Shown piece by piece: positions 1-8,712 of a stretch of 32,107 nt of DNA. Numbering within the stretch: the stretch's first letter is position 1; the number at the start of each line of letters is the position of its first letter. Both the position numbers and the translations under genes were made by a program. Under the pieces are notes generated by a model. That model searched no databases and was not told the origin of the DNA. It saw nothing but the letters and a program-made list of their open reading frames with translations. This DNA is from an uncultured Syntrophaceae bacterium (GTDB taxonomy: Bacteria > Desulfobacterota > Syntrophia > Syntrophales > UBA2210), in assembly GCA_964468685.1 (NCBI GenBank), contig CAYXUH010000003.1, forward strand, positions 1 through 32,107. The letters are read 5' to 3'.

Positions 1-278
1 TCGAGGAGCCGTGCCATATGACCCCCCTGTTCCATACTGCTGCTGAGGATGAGAATGAGGGTAACGACCACGGAAAGGGAAAGGGTCTTGGGCATCATGA
101 CCGAGTCGACGGCAGAGAAAAACATCGCGTCCGGCCTTAGCCCAAAGAGCACCCCGATGAGGATCGCTCCCAGGACAAAGGCATTCCCTAGCGAGACATT
201 TTTCCTTATGGCCAGGAGAATACAGCCGAAGACGATGAGGATCCTCACGATGGCCGGGATGTTGAGAATAATGGACAT
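1..278 (-). CDS. Polytopic membrane protein, N-terminal part only (the gene runs off the left edge). It looks permease-like, possibly DUF401-type.
   Basis: This ORF is absent from the supplied track because it is open at the window edge. A reverse-strand ATG at 278..276 is preceded by AGGGAA. My translation reads MSIILNIPAIVRILIVFGCILLAIRKNVSLGNAFVLGAILIGVLFGLRPDAMFFSAVDSVMMPKTLSLSVVVTLILILSSSMEQGGHMARLL with no stop down to position 1. It consists of consecutive hydrophobic helices. The family name is a guess from memory. Confidence 0.6.
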   Translation of the reverse strand, partial: MSIILNIPAIVRILIVFGCILLAIRKNVSLGNAFVLGAILIGVLFGLRPDAMFFSAVDSVMMPKTLSLSVVVTLILILSSSMEQGGHMARLL

Positions 279-394
279 ACTGTTTCCCTGTAATCGGCGT
301 TCGGGCGATTGAATCACCGGAAGGCAGGGCCATACTGTTTGAAGGATATCTTGTCAAGGATTCCCCGGACGGTGGCGGGTGTATTCGGGGCGGC

Positions 395-1009
395 CTATGC
401 GCCTTGGTAGTAGACCCTGTTTTTCCCCTGCCCCTTGGCCTTGTACATGTTGAAATCCGCCCGTTTGATAAACGGCTTCAATTCCTCGCGTGGAAGATAC
501 TGAGCCACCCCGATGCTCACCGTTTCATGCACAGCCTCCGAGCTCTCGACGGGGAGGAAGTCCTCGTTTGCAAGTTCTTCCCGTATCCTTTCCGCGAGAA
601 CGGTTGCCGCATCACCGGCTGTTTCCGGCAGGATAATGGTGAATTCCTCTCCCCCGAACCGGTACGCGGAGTCCGTTGTTCTCAGGCATCTCCAGATGAC
701 CTGTCCCAACCGGATAAGGACTTCGTCCCCTTCAAGGTGCCCGTATGTATCGTTGAATCTCTTGAAATTGTCGAGGTCCAGGAGGAGCAGGGAGAGGGGA
801 TGACCATACCGCTCGGCCCGCTCTATCTCCAGTCGCATCTGTTCGTAGAAATGCCTCGAGTTATACAGCTCCGTGAGAGAATCGGTGACACTCAGGGTGC
901 GATACCGCGCCTCGCTTTCTATGAGCGCATCCTCGGCAAGCTTGCGGTCCGTTATATCTTCAAGGGTTTCAACTACTCCTGTAATATCCCCCCGGGCATT
1001 CTTCAACAC
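395..1009 (-). CDS. GGDEF diguanylate cyclase domain. This is the C-terminal fragment of a frameshifted PAS-GGDEF gene, and the GTG at 1009 is not a real start.
   Basis: The translation carries the GGDEF-domain hallmarks LLLLDLDNFKRFNDTYGHLEGDEVL and RFGGEEF (active-site GGEEF), and ends in NMYKAKGQGKNRVY. Its first residues, LKNARGDITGVVETLEDITDRK, are the end of a PAS domain. The true N-terminus is therefore upstream, in another frame. Confidence 0.85.
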   Translation of the reverse strand: MLKNARGDITGVVETLEDITDRKLAEDALIESEARYRTLSVTDSLTELYNSRHFYEQMRLEIERAERYGHPLSLLLLDLDNFKRFNDTYGHLEGDEVLIRLGQVIWRCLRTTDSAYRFGGEEFTIILPETAGDAATVLAERIREELANEDFLPVESSEAVHETVSIGVAQYLPREELKPFIKRADFNMYKAKGQGKNRVYYQGA

Positions 1010-1416
1010 GGATGCGGTAAACCGAAGCCACCGCCCCCCCCTTCAAGTGCCGGGAAGAAATCCGTTGCTTCATAGGCATCCTCTATCAGTTTTGACTTGT
1101 TGTACTTGCCCGGGTACCAGTGCGGAATTTCTTTGTACAGTTCGTCCACGATAAGATCTGCTATGGTTGGCCTGTTCTCATGGTAGAAGACCTTCCAGTG
1201 ATCCTTCGTCCCGATTACCTCGCCGGCCATGATGCCGCTCAACGTCTCCAGCGCCCTGTTCCAGTAAACAACCCTGTGGTCTTTATCGATTACAAACGTC
1301 GGTATAGGAGAGTTCTCAAACGCCTCGCGCAGGACCTGCTTCTTTTCACGGAGTAAAGGCGTGGCCTCTTCGCGTTTGACGGGCTTTTTTGTGGTACCAC
1401 CGGTCGATTTTGCCAT
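1003..1416 (-). CDS. PAS sensor domain. This is the N-terminal fragment of the same frameshifted PAS-GGDEF gene.
   Basis: The ORF 1003..1494 contains FENSPIPTFVIDKDHRVVYWNRALETLSGIMAGEVIG, a PAS-type core. I place the start at the ATG at 1416 (MAKSTGG...). The upstream gene stops at 1427, and GGGTG lies just upstream of that ATG. The reading frame dies 12 codons after a G8 run (C8 on the + strand, 1034..1041). Confidence 0.75.
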   Translation of the reverse strand: MAKSTGGTTKKPVKREEATPLLREKKQVLREAFENSPIPTFVIDKDHRVVYWNRALETLSGIMAGEVIGTKDHWKVFYHENRPTIADLIVDELYKEIPHWYPGKYNKSKLIEDAYEATDFFPALEGGGGGFGLPHPC

Positions 1417-1426
1417 GTCGGGCACC

Positions 1427-2629
1427 CTAACGGCAGAAAACACCGTCTTCATATATTGTGACGGTCTTCCCGTCCGACAGATGAGCCTGTACAACTTTAT
1501 TTTCGGTGTTTATCAGGTCCCAGTGGAGTGCGGAGTCATTGAATCCGAGGTTCTTTTTCATCGTCTTTGTCAGTTCGGCGGGATTGCCATCGTACGCCTC
1601 GGAGAACGACGCGCCAAGGGCTATATGGCAATTCCCCCACTCACCCCCATAGTTCTCGTCGAAGAGGGTATCCGCCATGAAGGTGTCGATTCTGGAGAAC
1701 CGCCTGTCTGTAAGGGAAAATTCTCCGACCCTGCTGGCCCCTCTGTCCATGGATAGTTGCCCTATCGTGAAGTCTTCCCCGGTGGCGGCCTCGACCTTCA
1801 CTGCGCGGCCCTTTTCAAAGACGAGTTTTACATCCTTCACATAATTTCCGTTTCTGAATGAGGGCTGGTTTGCAAAGTACTGCCCCTCGGTTCCCCGCCA
1901 GTCGGGAGAAAGAAAAAGCTCGAAGCTCGGAATGTTGTGCCCTGAAACACCGATCCACTTTCTCTTTTTCCCCGGCCGTATGCGAAGATCGACACGTTCC
2001 GACTCTATATGGTAGTACGAAACGGCCATCCCGTTCAGCCACTTTTTGATCGAACCCGCTCTTTTGTATACGTCTTCCCATCGGGAAACGGGGTTTTCGC
2101 TATCCAGGAAACAGGCCTTAATGATCTGGTCCGTGTACCCCTTGAGGGTAAGCTTTGCGTTTTTTGCCAGTTCACGGGTCGGAAAGGTGCAGAGTGTCCA
2201 GCCGAACTCCCCGGTCTCCTCCCTTCTGTCCAGGATCTCGCGCAGCTCCTTTCTCGCTATCACCGACTGTGCTATCTTTCTAGGGTCTGCGTCTTTCAGG
2301 TGGGTAAGGGATTCGGGGGCATGAAGAAAGATGCTCCCGTTCAGCGATTCGCAGAGCTCCTTTTCACCGGGGGGATGGAAGACGAGCTGCCGCCGATTCG
2401 CCTTATCGAAGAAGGAACGCTCCATGTGCGCGCTGAGCCCGGCGCGGGGAATGACATGTATGCCTCTGCCCAACAGCTTGTCATAGAGGACTTCGCCGAG
2501 GTTTATGGCGGGCATATCGTATCGAATCAGGACTATATCACCCCTTTTGAATCGCCCTGTTCTGGCCTTCAGTAGCCCCCATATGAGGGCATCGGCATAT
2601 CTGTCTAAATGGTCTTTGGTCAGCGGCAT
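1427..2629 (-). CDS. Aminopeptidase, M29 (AmpS / aminopeptidase T) family
   Basis: A 400-aa ORF. The C-terminal half (GASRVGEFSL ... TLFDENYGGEWGNCHIALGASF) resembles the metal-binding core of M29 thermophilic aminopeptidases. The overall length fits that family. Confidence 0.7.
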   Translation of the reverse strand: MPLTKDHLDRYADALIWGLLKARTGRFKRGDIVLIRYDMPAINLGEVLYDKLLGRGIHVIPRAGLSAHMERSFFDKANRRQLVFHPPGEKELCESLNGSIFLHAPESLTHLKDADPRKIAQSVIARKELREILDRREETGEFGWTLCTFPTRELAKNAKLTLKGYTDQIIKACFLDSENPVSRWEDVYKRAGSIKKWLNGMAVSYYHIESERVDLRIRPGKKRKWIGVSGHNIPSFELFLSPDWRGTEGQYFANQPSFRNGNYVKDVKLVFEKGRAVKVEAATGEDFTIGQLSMDRGASRVGEFSLTDRRFSRIDTFMADTLFDENYGGEWGNCHIALGASFSEAYDGNPAELTKTMKKNLGFNDSALHWDLINTENKVVQAHLSDGKTVTIYEDGVFCR

Positions 2630-2640
2630 ACAGTCTCTCT

Positions 2641-3216
2641 CTAAAATATTGAGGGTTTACAGATGATCTCTTTTACCTTCAGGTTGAAAACATCGGAGGA
2701 GTTGGCGGGGCGAAGAAGCAGGGCCGTGTCCGCCCCCGTGACGGGTCCTCCGATGGATATCACGTCTTCGTCCGTCCTCACCAGGCCCGCGTCGGCGGTC
2801 ATCAGCGCCAGTTCAACTGCCACCTTGGTCCCCTTCCCGAACATCCTGAGGGTATATGCCATAATTTCTTCAACCTGGTAGGTCTTCAATGCTATCCGAA
2901 TACCACGCCCTACCCCCCCGAAGGCGTGCTGGCAGGTCAATACCCTCACCCCTTTCGTCTCCAACGCGTTGCGTGTCTCGTCGTTCATCTCCTGATGATC
3001 GGGACGCGCGAAACCCGTGTAGTGGGTAACGGCTATGACCTGTATATCGGGACCCAGATGGTCGATCGCCTCCATCGCTGTCTTTCCGCTGCACGTCGCC
3101 ACGAGAACCGTCTTGATACCAAGCTGTCTGGCGCGCTGCGAGGTGGCCTCCAAGACGTCGTGTGTGTTTTCACACCCTGCCTTTCCAAAATAGCGGCTCT
3201 GTATGTCATAGGACAT
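2641..3216 (-). CDS. Pyruvate kinase C-terminal (alpha/beta) domain-like protein of unknown function
   Basis: A 191-aa ORF. The pattern YFGKAGCENT..., VLVATCSGKTA, VTHYTGF, TLRMFGKGTKVAVELALMTADAGL, ISIGG...GADTA, EIICKP matches the stand-alone PK_C-like family as I remember it. Confidence 0.7.
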   Translation of the reverse strand: MSYDIQSRYFGKAGCENTHDVLEATSQRARQLGIKTVLVATCSGKTAMEAIDHLGPDIQVIAVTHYTGFARPDHQEMNDETRNALETKGVRVLTCQHAFGGVGRGIRIALKTYQVEEIMAYTLRMFGKGTKVAVELALMTADAGLVRTDEDVISIGGPVTGADTALLLRPANSSDVFNLKVKEIICKPSIF

Positions 3217-3263
3217 CTGAGCACCTCCCGATCCGATTCCCTGAATTCTGTTGCGGGATTATC

Positions 3264-3845
3264 TTACGCGTCCCTGAAGAGCTTATCGAAAAACCGGCCT
3301 TTCTCTTTGGGAAAATAGATCGCTGTGCCCCGATCGACAATGAGTTTTCCATCGAGGTGGTCAAGCTCATGCTGAACAACGCGGGCAAGGAACCCCGTAT
3401 AGCGTCTGTTGACCTTTTCCCCCTTTTCATCATACGCCTTCACCTTGATGGAGGTGGCCCTGACGACATCGACACTTATATCGGGGCAGGAGAGACACCC
3501 CTCCTGCGCCTTTTCCCTGTCTCCCCGTATCTGTGTAATCCTCGGGTTGACGAGGACATCGTACTGGCCGACCCCTTTCTTCATCGGCCCTCTGTCGTCG
3601 AAGTTCCCGTTCTTGAACACCACGACGCGTTTGCTGATCCCTATCTGCGGGGCTGCAAGGCCAGCGGCGTCATCCCGCGCCACAAAGGCATCAATGAGGA
3701 TATCAATATCCCGCTTCCCCTCTTCATCAAAGGGGACCGGGATCTCATCGGCGCGTCTCCGCAGGAGCCGAGCCTCCTCTTCGTTGATTTTTTCGTCTTC
3801 CCATAATTTCCAGGTTTTCATTGCTCTCACGCGGTACCTTTCCAT
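3264..3845 (-). CDS. def: Peptide deformylase
   Basis: All three deformylase motifs are present: GLAAPQIG, EGCLSCP and QHELDHLDG. The N-terminal extension is longer than usual. An alternative start exists at the ATG at 3821 (MKTWK...). Confidence 0.9.
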   Translation of the reverse strand: MERYRVRAMKTWKLWEDEKINEEEARLLRRRADEIPVPFDEEGKRDIDILIDAFVARDDAAGLAAPQIGISKRVVVFKNGNFDDRGPMKKGVGQYDVLVNPRITQIRGDREKAQEGCLSCPDISVDVVRATSIKVKAYDEKGEKVNRRYTGFLARVVQHELDHLDGKLIVDRGTAIYFPKEKGRFFDKLFRDA

Positions 3846-3903
3846 CCATGATGTGTTATTTCTATAGCATCATGGGATTGTTATTTCAACGCTATTGAAA
3901 TAA
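3846..3903. repeat. Two inverted repeats in the def / radical-SAM divergent promoter region
   Basis: The first repeat is CCATGATG (3846..3853) paired with CATCATGG (3868..3875), 8-bp arms with a 14-bp spacer. The second is TTATTTCAA (3881..3889) paired with TTGAAATAA (3895..3903), 9-bp arms with a 5-bp spacer. Both were read directly from the sequence. Confidence 0.6.
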
Positions 3904-3953
3904 TATTAAAAGCCTGATAGTTCAGAGACGGGTACAGAAAGGATACATTTACC

Positions 3954-5192
3954 ATGATAGATAAGATTATAACAGCAGTTACAAAGCGGGAGTTTTCCCA
4001 GGCCATGCGGTTTGAGGAGGGGGTTGGCGCCTCTCTTCCGCGGGGACAGGCACAGGGCGACCGGCTTCTCTATATCCATATTCCCTTCTGTGAAAGTCTG
4101 TGTCCTTACTGTTCCTTTAACCGAGTCGTGTTGGACGAACACCTCGCCCGGAGGTATCATGACGCCCTCAGAAAAGAAATGAGGCTCTACCGAGACGCAG
4201 GATACGACTTTACCGGCATGTACGTAGGCGGCGGCACCCCGACGGTGTTGATGGACGAGCTGGAGAAAACCTTGGCGGAGGCAACGGACTGCTTCAATAT
4301 CAGGGGTATTTCAGTGGAGACCAATCCCAATCATCTTACGCCGGAGCATATTGCCGTTCTGAAGAGAATCGGTGTCAACCGGCTTTCGGTGGGGGTGCAG
4401 AGCTTTGATGATGGCCTTCTGAAGGCGATGGGCCGGTATGAGAAATACGGGAGCGGCGAGGAGATGGCTGCAAAAATCAAGAATCTGTCAGGGGAGTTTG
4501 ATACACTGAATGCCGATATGATATTTAACTTCCCCGTCCAAACAGAGGAAATCCTGAGCAGGGACCTGGATGTCCTTATCCAAACAGGTGTGGATCAGGT
4601 GACCTACTACCCCTTGATGGTTTCGGACTCGACGCGTAAAAAGGTGGAGAGATCGATGGGAAGAGTCGATTACCGGAAGGAAGAGACCTTCTACCGGATG
4701 ATCTCAGAGAGGCTCGCCCCCTCGTACCGCTTTTCGTCCGCGTGGTGTTTTTCCCGGAGAGGCACCATGATTGATGAGTATATCGTGAACTATGACGAAT
4801 ATGCCGGTCTGGGCAGCGGATCGATCGGATACATGCAGGGCAGATGCTACGCGAATACCTTTGATATTCCTCAATATATTGAGACATTAAACAAGGGGAA
4901 TCTCCCCCTGATGGCTTCACGTGATTTTACGCCCCCGCAACAGGCGCGCTATGATTTCCTGATGAAGCTGTTCGGCATGGAGCTAGATATCACCCCCCTG
5001 AATCAAAAATATAACGGCAGGGCTGTGCGCCATCTCTGGCGGGAGATTCTCGCCTTTATGCTGGTCGGGGGGCTGCGCTATCACCACGGCACGCTGTTTC
5101 TGACGAACCGCGGCAGATACTATTGGGTCATCATGATGCGGGAATTTTTTACCGCGGTTAACAACTTTCGTGATTTCTGTTTGAACAGGTAG
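3954..5192 (+). CDS. Radical SAM protein, HemN/HemZ-like (coproporphyrinogen III oxidase family)
   Basis: It carries the CxxxCxxC radical-SAM cluster motif (IPFCESLCPYCSF), followed by YVGGGTPT and SVGVQSF. The HemN_C-like C-terminal region is long. The specific substrate is unknown. Confidence 0.8.
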   Translation: MIDKIITAVTKREFSQAMRFEEGVGASLPRGQAQGDRLLYIHIPFCESLCPYCSFNRVVLDEHLARRYHDALRKEMRLYRDAGYDFTGMYVGGGTPTVLMDELEKTLAEATDCFNIRGISVETNPNHLTPEHIAVLKRIGVNRLSVGVQSFDDGLLKAMGRYEKYGSGEEMAAKIKNLSGEFDTLNADMIFNFPVQTEEILSRDLDVLIQTGVDQVTYYPLMVSDSTRKKVERSMGRVDYRKEETFYRMISERLAPSYRFSSAWCFSRRGTMIDEYIVNYDEYAGLGSGSIGYMQGRCYANTFDIPQYIETLNKGNLPLMASRDFTPPQQARYDFLMKLFGMELDITPLNQKYNGRAVRHLWREILAFMLVGGLRYHHGTLFLTNRGRYYWVIMMREFFTAVNNFRDFCLNR

Positions 5193-5292
5193 TTTCTTGT
5201 TTGCAATTTCGTATCTTTTCCCATATTACTAGTGCCTTGGAAAATTTACCCGCATGCCTTCGGGTACTGATCGCTCAATGTGATGTTATACC

Positions 5293-6714
5293 ATGAATGA
5301 CAAGACCAGAGAGCTGCTTAAAACCCTTCCGAAAATCGACGAGGTCTTTCTCCTCCTTGAAAACAGTTATGCGTTTGAAGGTGTGTCACGGGATATCGTG
5401 GTGGGAAAATGCCGCCAGGTTGTCGAAGAGATGCGAACATCCATCCTGGATGCCGAAAAGAGGGGAGGAAAGGGGCTCGTTCCCTCCTCCGCCGATGAGG
5501 CGGCGCATGATGTTTGCAGGAGATTGCTCGCCCTGTATACCTACAGCCTGCGCCGCGTGGTAAACGCCACCGGCATCATCCTGCATACGAACCTGGGAAG
5601 GGCCCCCCTCTGTGCGGAGGCCCTCCAGCGGATTGTTGACATCAGCGAAGGATATTCAAACCTGGAATTCGACCTTGACAAGGGGAAGCGGGGGACCCGA
5701 TACGATCACGTACGCGAACTGCTCTGCTGTATATCAGGGGCGGAGGATGCCATTATCGTCAATAACAATGCCGCCGCCGTCCTCCTCGTTCTCAATACCC
5801 TCTCAGAGCACAAAGAATCGATTGTTTCGCGGGGCGAACTGATCGAAATAGGGGGCGCGTTTCGCATACCCGAGGTGATGGAAAAGAGCGGCGCTATTCT
5901 CAGAGAGGTGGGTACGACTAACCGCACGCATCTCTCGGATTATGAGGATGCGGTATGCCCTGATACCGGATTAATTCTGAAGGTGCATACAAGCAACTTC
6001 AAGGTGCTCGGTTTCACGGATGAGATAGGCCTGACTGAACTGATGGAGCTTGGGAAGAGGAGCTCGCTACCGGTAATGAACGATCTGGGGAGCGGCTGCT
6101 TTGTCCCCTTGGATTCGTATGGCTTTGAAAAGGAGCCGACGGTACAGGAGGTCATCAAGGCGGGCACGGATGTCGTCACATTCAGCGGCGATAAGCTCCT
6201 CGGAGGCCCTCAGGCCGGAATAATCCTGGGGAAAAAGACGATTCTGGAAAAGATAAAGAAGAATCCCCTCAATCGTGCCCTCCGGATAGACAAGATGACC
6301 CTTGCGGCCCTCGAAGCGACCATGGTGCATTACCTTGATCTCGACCGCGCGGTCCGTGACGTTCCGGTGCTGCGGTCATTGACGGAACCAGTTGCCGAGG
6401 TCGAAAAGAGGGCGCACGAACTGAAGGCCCTCCTGGAGCAATTATCTCTGAAAGATATGACCCTTTCCATTATGGAGGATACATCCATGGCTGGGGGCGG
6501 ATCGCTTCCCACACAGGAGATTCCCACATTTGTCGTGACGGTGAGCTCCGGCAGTATCTCACCGAGCAGACTGGAAAGGAAACTACGGAAACTGGCAGTT
6601 CCCATCATTACGAGAATCTACGAAGACAAGATTCTCTTCGACCTGAGAACGATATCAAAAGAAGAATTTGTTTTTATAACAAAGGGTATGCAGCAGATAG
6701 CCGGAGAGTCTTGA
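5293..6714 (+). CDS. selA: L-seryl-tRNA(Sec) selenium transferase
   Basis: A 473-aa ORF with VVNATGIILHTNLGRAPL and the PLP-lysine region TFSGDKLLGGPQAGII, both typical of SelA. Confidence 0.9.
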   Translation: MNDKTRELLKTLPKIDEVFLLLENSYAFEGVSRDIVVGKCRQVVEEMRTSILDAEKRGGKGLVPSSADEAAHDVCRRLLALYTYSLRRVVNATGIILHTNLGRAPLCAEALQRIVDISEGYSNLEFDLDKGKRGTRYDHVRELLCCISGAEDAIIVNNNAAAVLLVLNTLSEHKESIVSRGELIEIGGAFRIPEVMEKSGAILREVGTTNRTHLSDYEDAVCPDTGLILKVHTSNFKVLGFTDEIGLTELMELGKRSSLPVMNDLGSGCFVPLDSYGFEKEPTVQEVIKAGTDVVTFSGDKLLGGPQAGIILGKKTILEKIKKNPLNRALRIDKMTLAALEATMVHYLDLDRAVRDVPVLRSLTEPVAEVEKRAHELKALLEQLSLKDMTLSIMEDTSMAGGGSLPTQEIPTFVVTVSSGSISPSRLERKLRKLAVPIITRIYEDKILFDLRTISKEEFVFITKGMQQIAGES

Positions 6715-6827
6715 CCCCCGGGATTTATGCCCTGTTGGCTTGAGGATCGAAGCGTGCTAGCATCCTCCCCATACAGGGACTCACAGACGGCAGGTTCCTT
6801 TTCCCCCGTTTCTCAAACGATTTTACG

Positions 6828-7820
6828 ATGACCATGCAAATGACATCCGGAGATGACGGAGCGTTCACGCTGAAAGTGCTCCCCGCTCAGAGCGGGGAGC
6901 GGCTTGATGTCTTTCTGTCTCAAAAAGGCTCTTTCGGTACACGCTCACAGATCAAGCGGGCGATTGAAGGGGGACAAATACGGGTCGGGGGGATGGATGT
7001 AAAACCAAAATACCGTTTAAAGAGCGGAGACCTGATCCTTGTTACACGGGAAGAGCCGGCTGAATATGACCTTGTCCCAGAGGAGCTCCCCCTGGATATC
7101 TACCATGAAGACGCACACATACTGGTGGTGAATAAAGCCGCCGGGATGGTAGTGCATCCCGCGGCGGGAAATCGCAGTGGGACCCTGGTCAATGCCCTCC
7201 TGTTTCACTGCACCGACCTTTCCGGAATCGGTGGTGTTAAGAGACCCGGTATCGTACATCGTCTGGACAAAAATACCTCGGGCCTGATGGTGATTGCCAA
7301 ATCGGATGAGGCCCATGTAGGCCTTTCAAAACAGTTCAAGGAACATCTTGTTACGAAGATCTATCGTGTCCTTGTCCATGGAGATCCAAAGGAACCGGAG
7401 GGGGTAATCGATTTGCCCATAGGCAGGCATCCCGTGGACCGTAAAAAGATGTCCACCGGGAGCAGAAGAGGGAAGGAATCACTGACCCGCTGGCGTGTGG
7501 AGAAGCGGTACGGCATCGCCACGCTCCTTGCTGTCCGGATTGAGACAGGCAGGACTCACCAGATCCGAGTACACCTGAATGCCATCGGGTATCCCGTTGT
7601 CGGGGATGCCGTCTACGGGAATTCAAAGAAAAGGGTTGAGACGGTACAGGATAATGCCTTGCGTATGGCATTGAGAAAGATGCGCCGGCAGGCCCTCCAC
7701 TCGAGCGAACTGCGCTTTCGTCACCCTGTCACGAGGACCCCTATGCATTTTTCATCTGAACTTCCGGACGATATTGAACAGGTATGCGCGGCTTTGGGAG
7801 ACCGAGAAAGCGATGCCTGA
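6828..7820 (+). CDS. rluD: 23S rRNA pseudouridine synthase, RluD (RluA-family) type with an N-terminal S4 domain
   Basis: An S4-like N-terminus (RLDVFLS...SRSQIKRAI..G.I.V) is followed by the catalytic HRLDKNTSGLMVIAK motif and GRTHQIRVHL. It is followed by pgeF, as in E. coli rluD-yfiH. Confidence 0.85.
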   Translation: MTMQMTSGDDGAFTLKVLPAQSGERLDVFLSQKGSFGTRSQIKRAIEGGQIRVGGMDVKPKYRLKSGDLILVTREEPAEYDLVPEELPLDIYHEDAHILVVNKAAGMVVHPAAGNRSGTLVNALLFHCTDLSGIGGVKRPGIVHRLDKNTSGLMVIAKSDEAHVGLSKQFKEHLVTKIYRVLVHGDPKEPEGVIDLPIGRHPVDRKKMSTGSRRGKESLTRWRVEKRYGIATLLAVRIETGRTHQIRVHLNAIGYPVVGDAVYGNSKKRVETVQDNALRMALRKMRRQALHSSELRFRHPVTRTPMHFSSELPDDIEQVCAALGDRESDA

Positions 7821-8649
7821 AACCCCGGAGATCAGATATGGAACCGAAGGCGCATTCAGCTTTTCCCGCCTGGGGGACGTGCGATATGTGGAGTGTCGGG
7901 CACTCGCCGAGTGCGGTTTCATAACCCACGCCTTTTGCACCCGATGGGGAGGGGTCAGCGAAGGGAGACTTGCCGATCTCAATTTCGGAATGCACGTGGG
8001 TGACAGGGACGAACACCTGGCGCGCAACAGGGCTCTGCTGTGCTCTGCCTTCAACATCCCGGAGCATATCGTTACCGTAGACCAGGTCCACGGAGACCGG
8101 CTCCTGGTAATTGATGAGGCGTTTCAGGGCGGGCAGCAGATTGGCCCTCTCGAATACGACGGCATCATTACCGCGATACCCGGAATCCCTATCGGGATCA
8201 AGACAGCTGACTGTGTCCCTGTCCTCCTGGCCGACCGTAGAAGACGGGTGGTCGGCGCCGTTCATGCCGGGTGGAAAGGAACCGCGCTCGGGATTGCCGC
8301 CAAGGCCGCCCGTGTTTTCATGCAAACTTTTTCCTCCGTGCCGGAGGATATCCTGGCCGTTATCGGCCCCGCCATCGGTCCCTGTTGCTACGAGGTTGAT
8401 GAGGCCGTGTTCCACCGTTTTGATAACACCCGGGAAGAAACGGTTGCCTTTACAGGCGGCAGGAAAGAAGGAAAATGGATGCTGGACCTGTCTGCCGCTA
8501 ACAGGTCCCAGCTGCAGGGCGCGGGTATTCCCCGGGAGAACATATTCTCCGCTGACATCTGCACATCCTGCCGGCATGACACCTTTTTTTCACACAGGGG
8601 TGAGGCGGGTGATACCGGAAGGCAGCTCAGCCTTATAATGCTTCGCTAG
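7813..8649 (+). CDS. pgeF: Peptidoglycan editing factor PgeF / YfiH (DUF152, laccase-domain protein)
   Basis: The motifs VDQVHG, TADCVPVLL, HAGWKG and CTSC..D.FFSHR are present. I place the start at the ATG at 7813, which overlaps the rluD stop (ATGCCTGA), rather than at the track start 7774. Confidence 0.85.
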   Translation: MPETPEIRYGTEGAFSFSRLGDVRYVECRALAECGFITHAFCTRWGGVSEGRLADLNFGMHVGDRDEHLARNRALLCSAFNIPEHIVTVDQVHGDRLLVIDEAFQGGQQIGPLEYDGIITAIPGIPIGIKTADCVPVLLADRRRRVVGAVHAGWKGTALGIAAKAARVFMQTFSSVPEDILAVIGPAIGPCCYEVDEAVFHRFDNTREETVAFTGGRKEGKWMLDLSAANRSQLQGAGIPRENIFSADICTSCRHDTFFSHRGEAGDTGRQLSLIMLR

Positions 8650-8685
8650 ACCCGCGCGTGTGCGGAATCCCGTGGAAAAAACTTC

Positions 8686-8712
8686 TTGACATCCTTGCTG
8701 GTTTGATATAGA
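8686..8712 (+). promoter_or_regulatory. Candidate sigma70-type promoter upstream of the long rho leader
   Basis: TTGACA (8686..8691), a 15-nt spacer, then TGaTATAGA (extended -10, hexamer at 8707..8712). The spacer is short. Identification is by eye only. Confidence 0.4.

Noticed and set aside
49-312. 87-aa plus-strand ORF at the left edge
   Set aside because: It lies antisense to a much more protein-like, edge-truncated membrane protein ORF (1..278, minus strand). Its sequence is Arg/Thr/Met-rich and low in complexity, and it has no RBS.
404-1075. 223-aa and 96-aa plus-strand ORFs across the GGDEF gene
   Set aside because: These are shadow ORFs antisense to a gene with unmistakable GGDEF motifs. 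Their translations show no recognisable domain.
4912-4930. parS-like half site GCTTCACGTGATTTT inside the radical SAM gene
   Set aside because: Only the central TCACGTGA is shared with parS. The outer arms do not match, so this is a chance CACGTG palindrome in coding sequence.
7741-8577. 278-aa minus-strand ORF opposite pgeF
   Set aside because: It is a long antisense ORF in a GC-rich stretch. The plus-strand frame carries all the YfiH/PgeF motifs, while the antisense product is Gly/Pro/Arg-rich with no motif.
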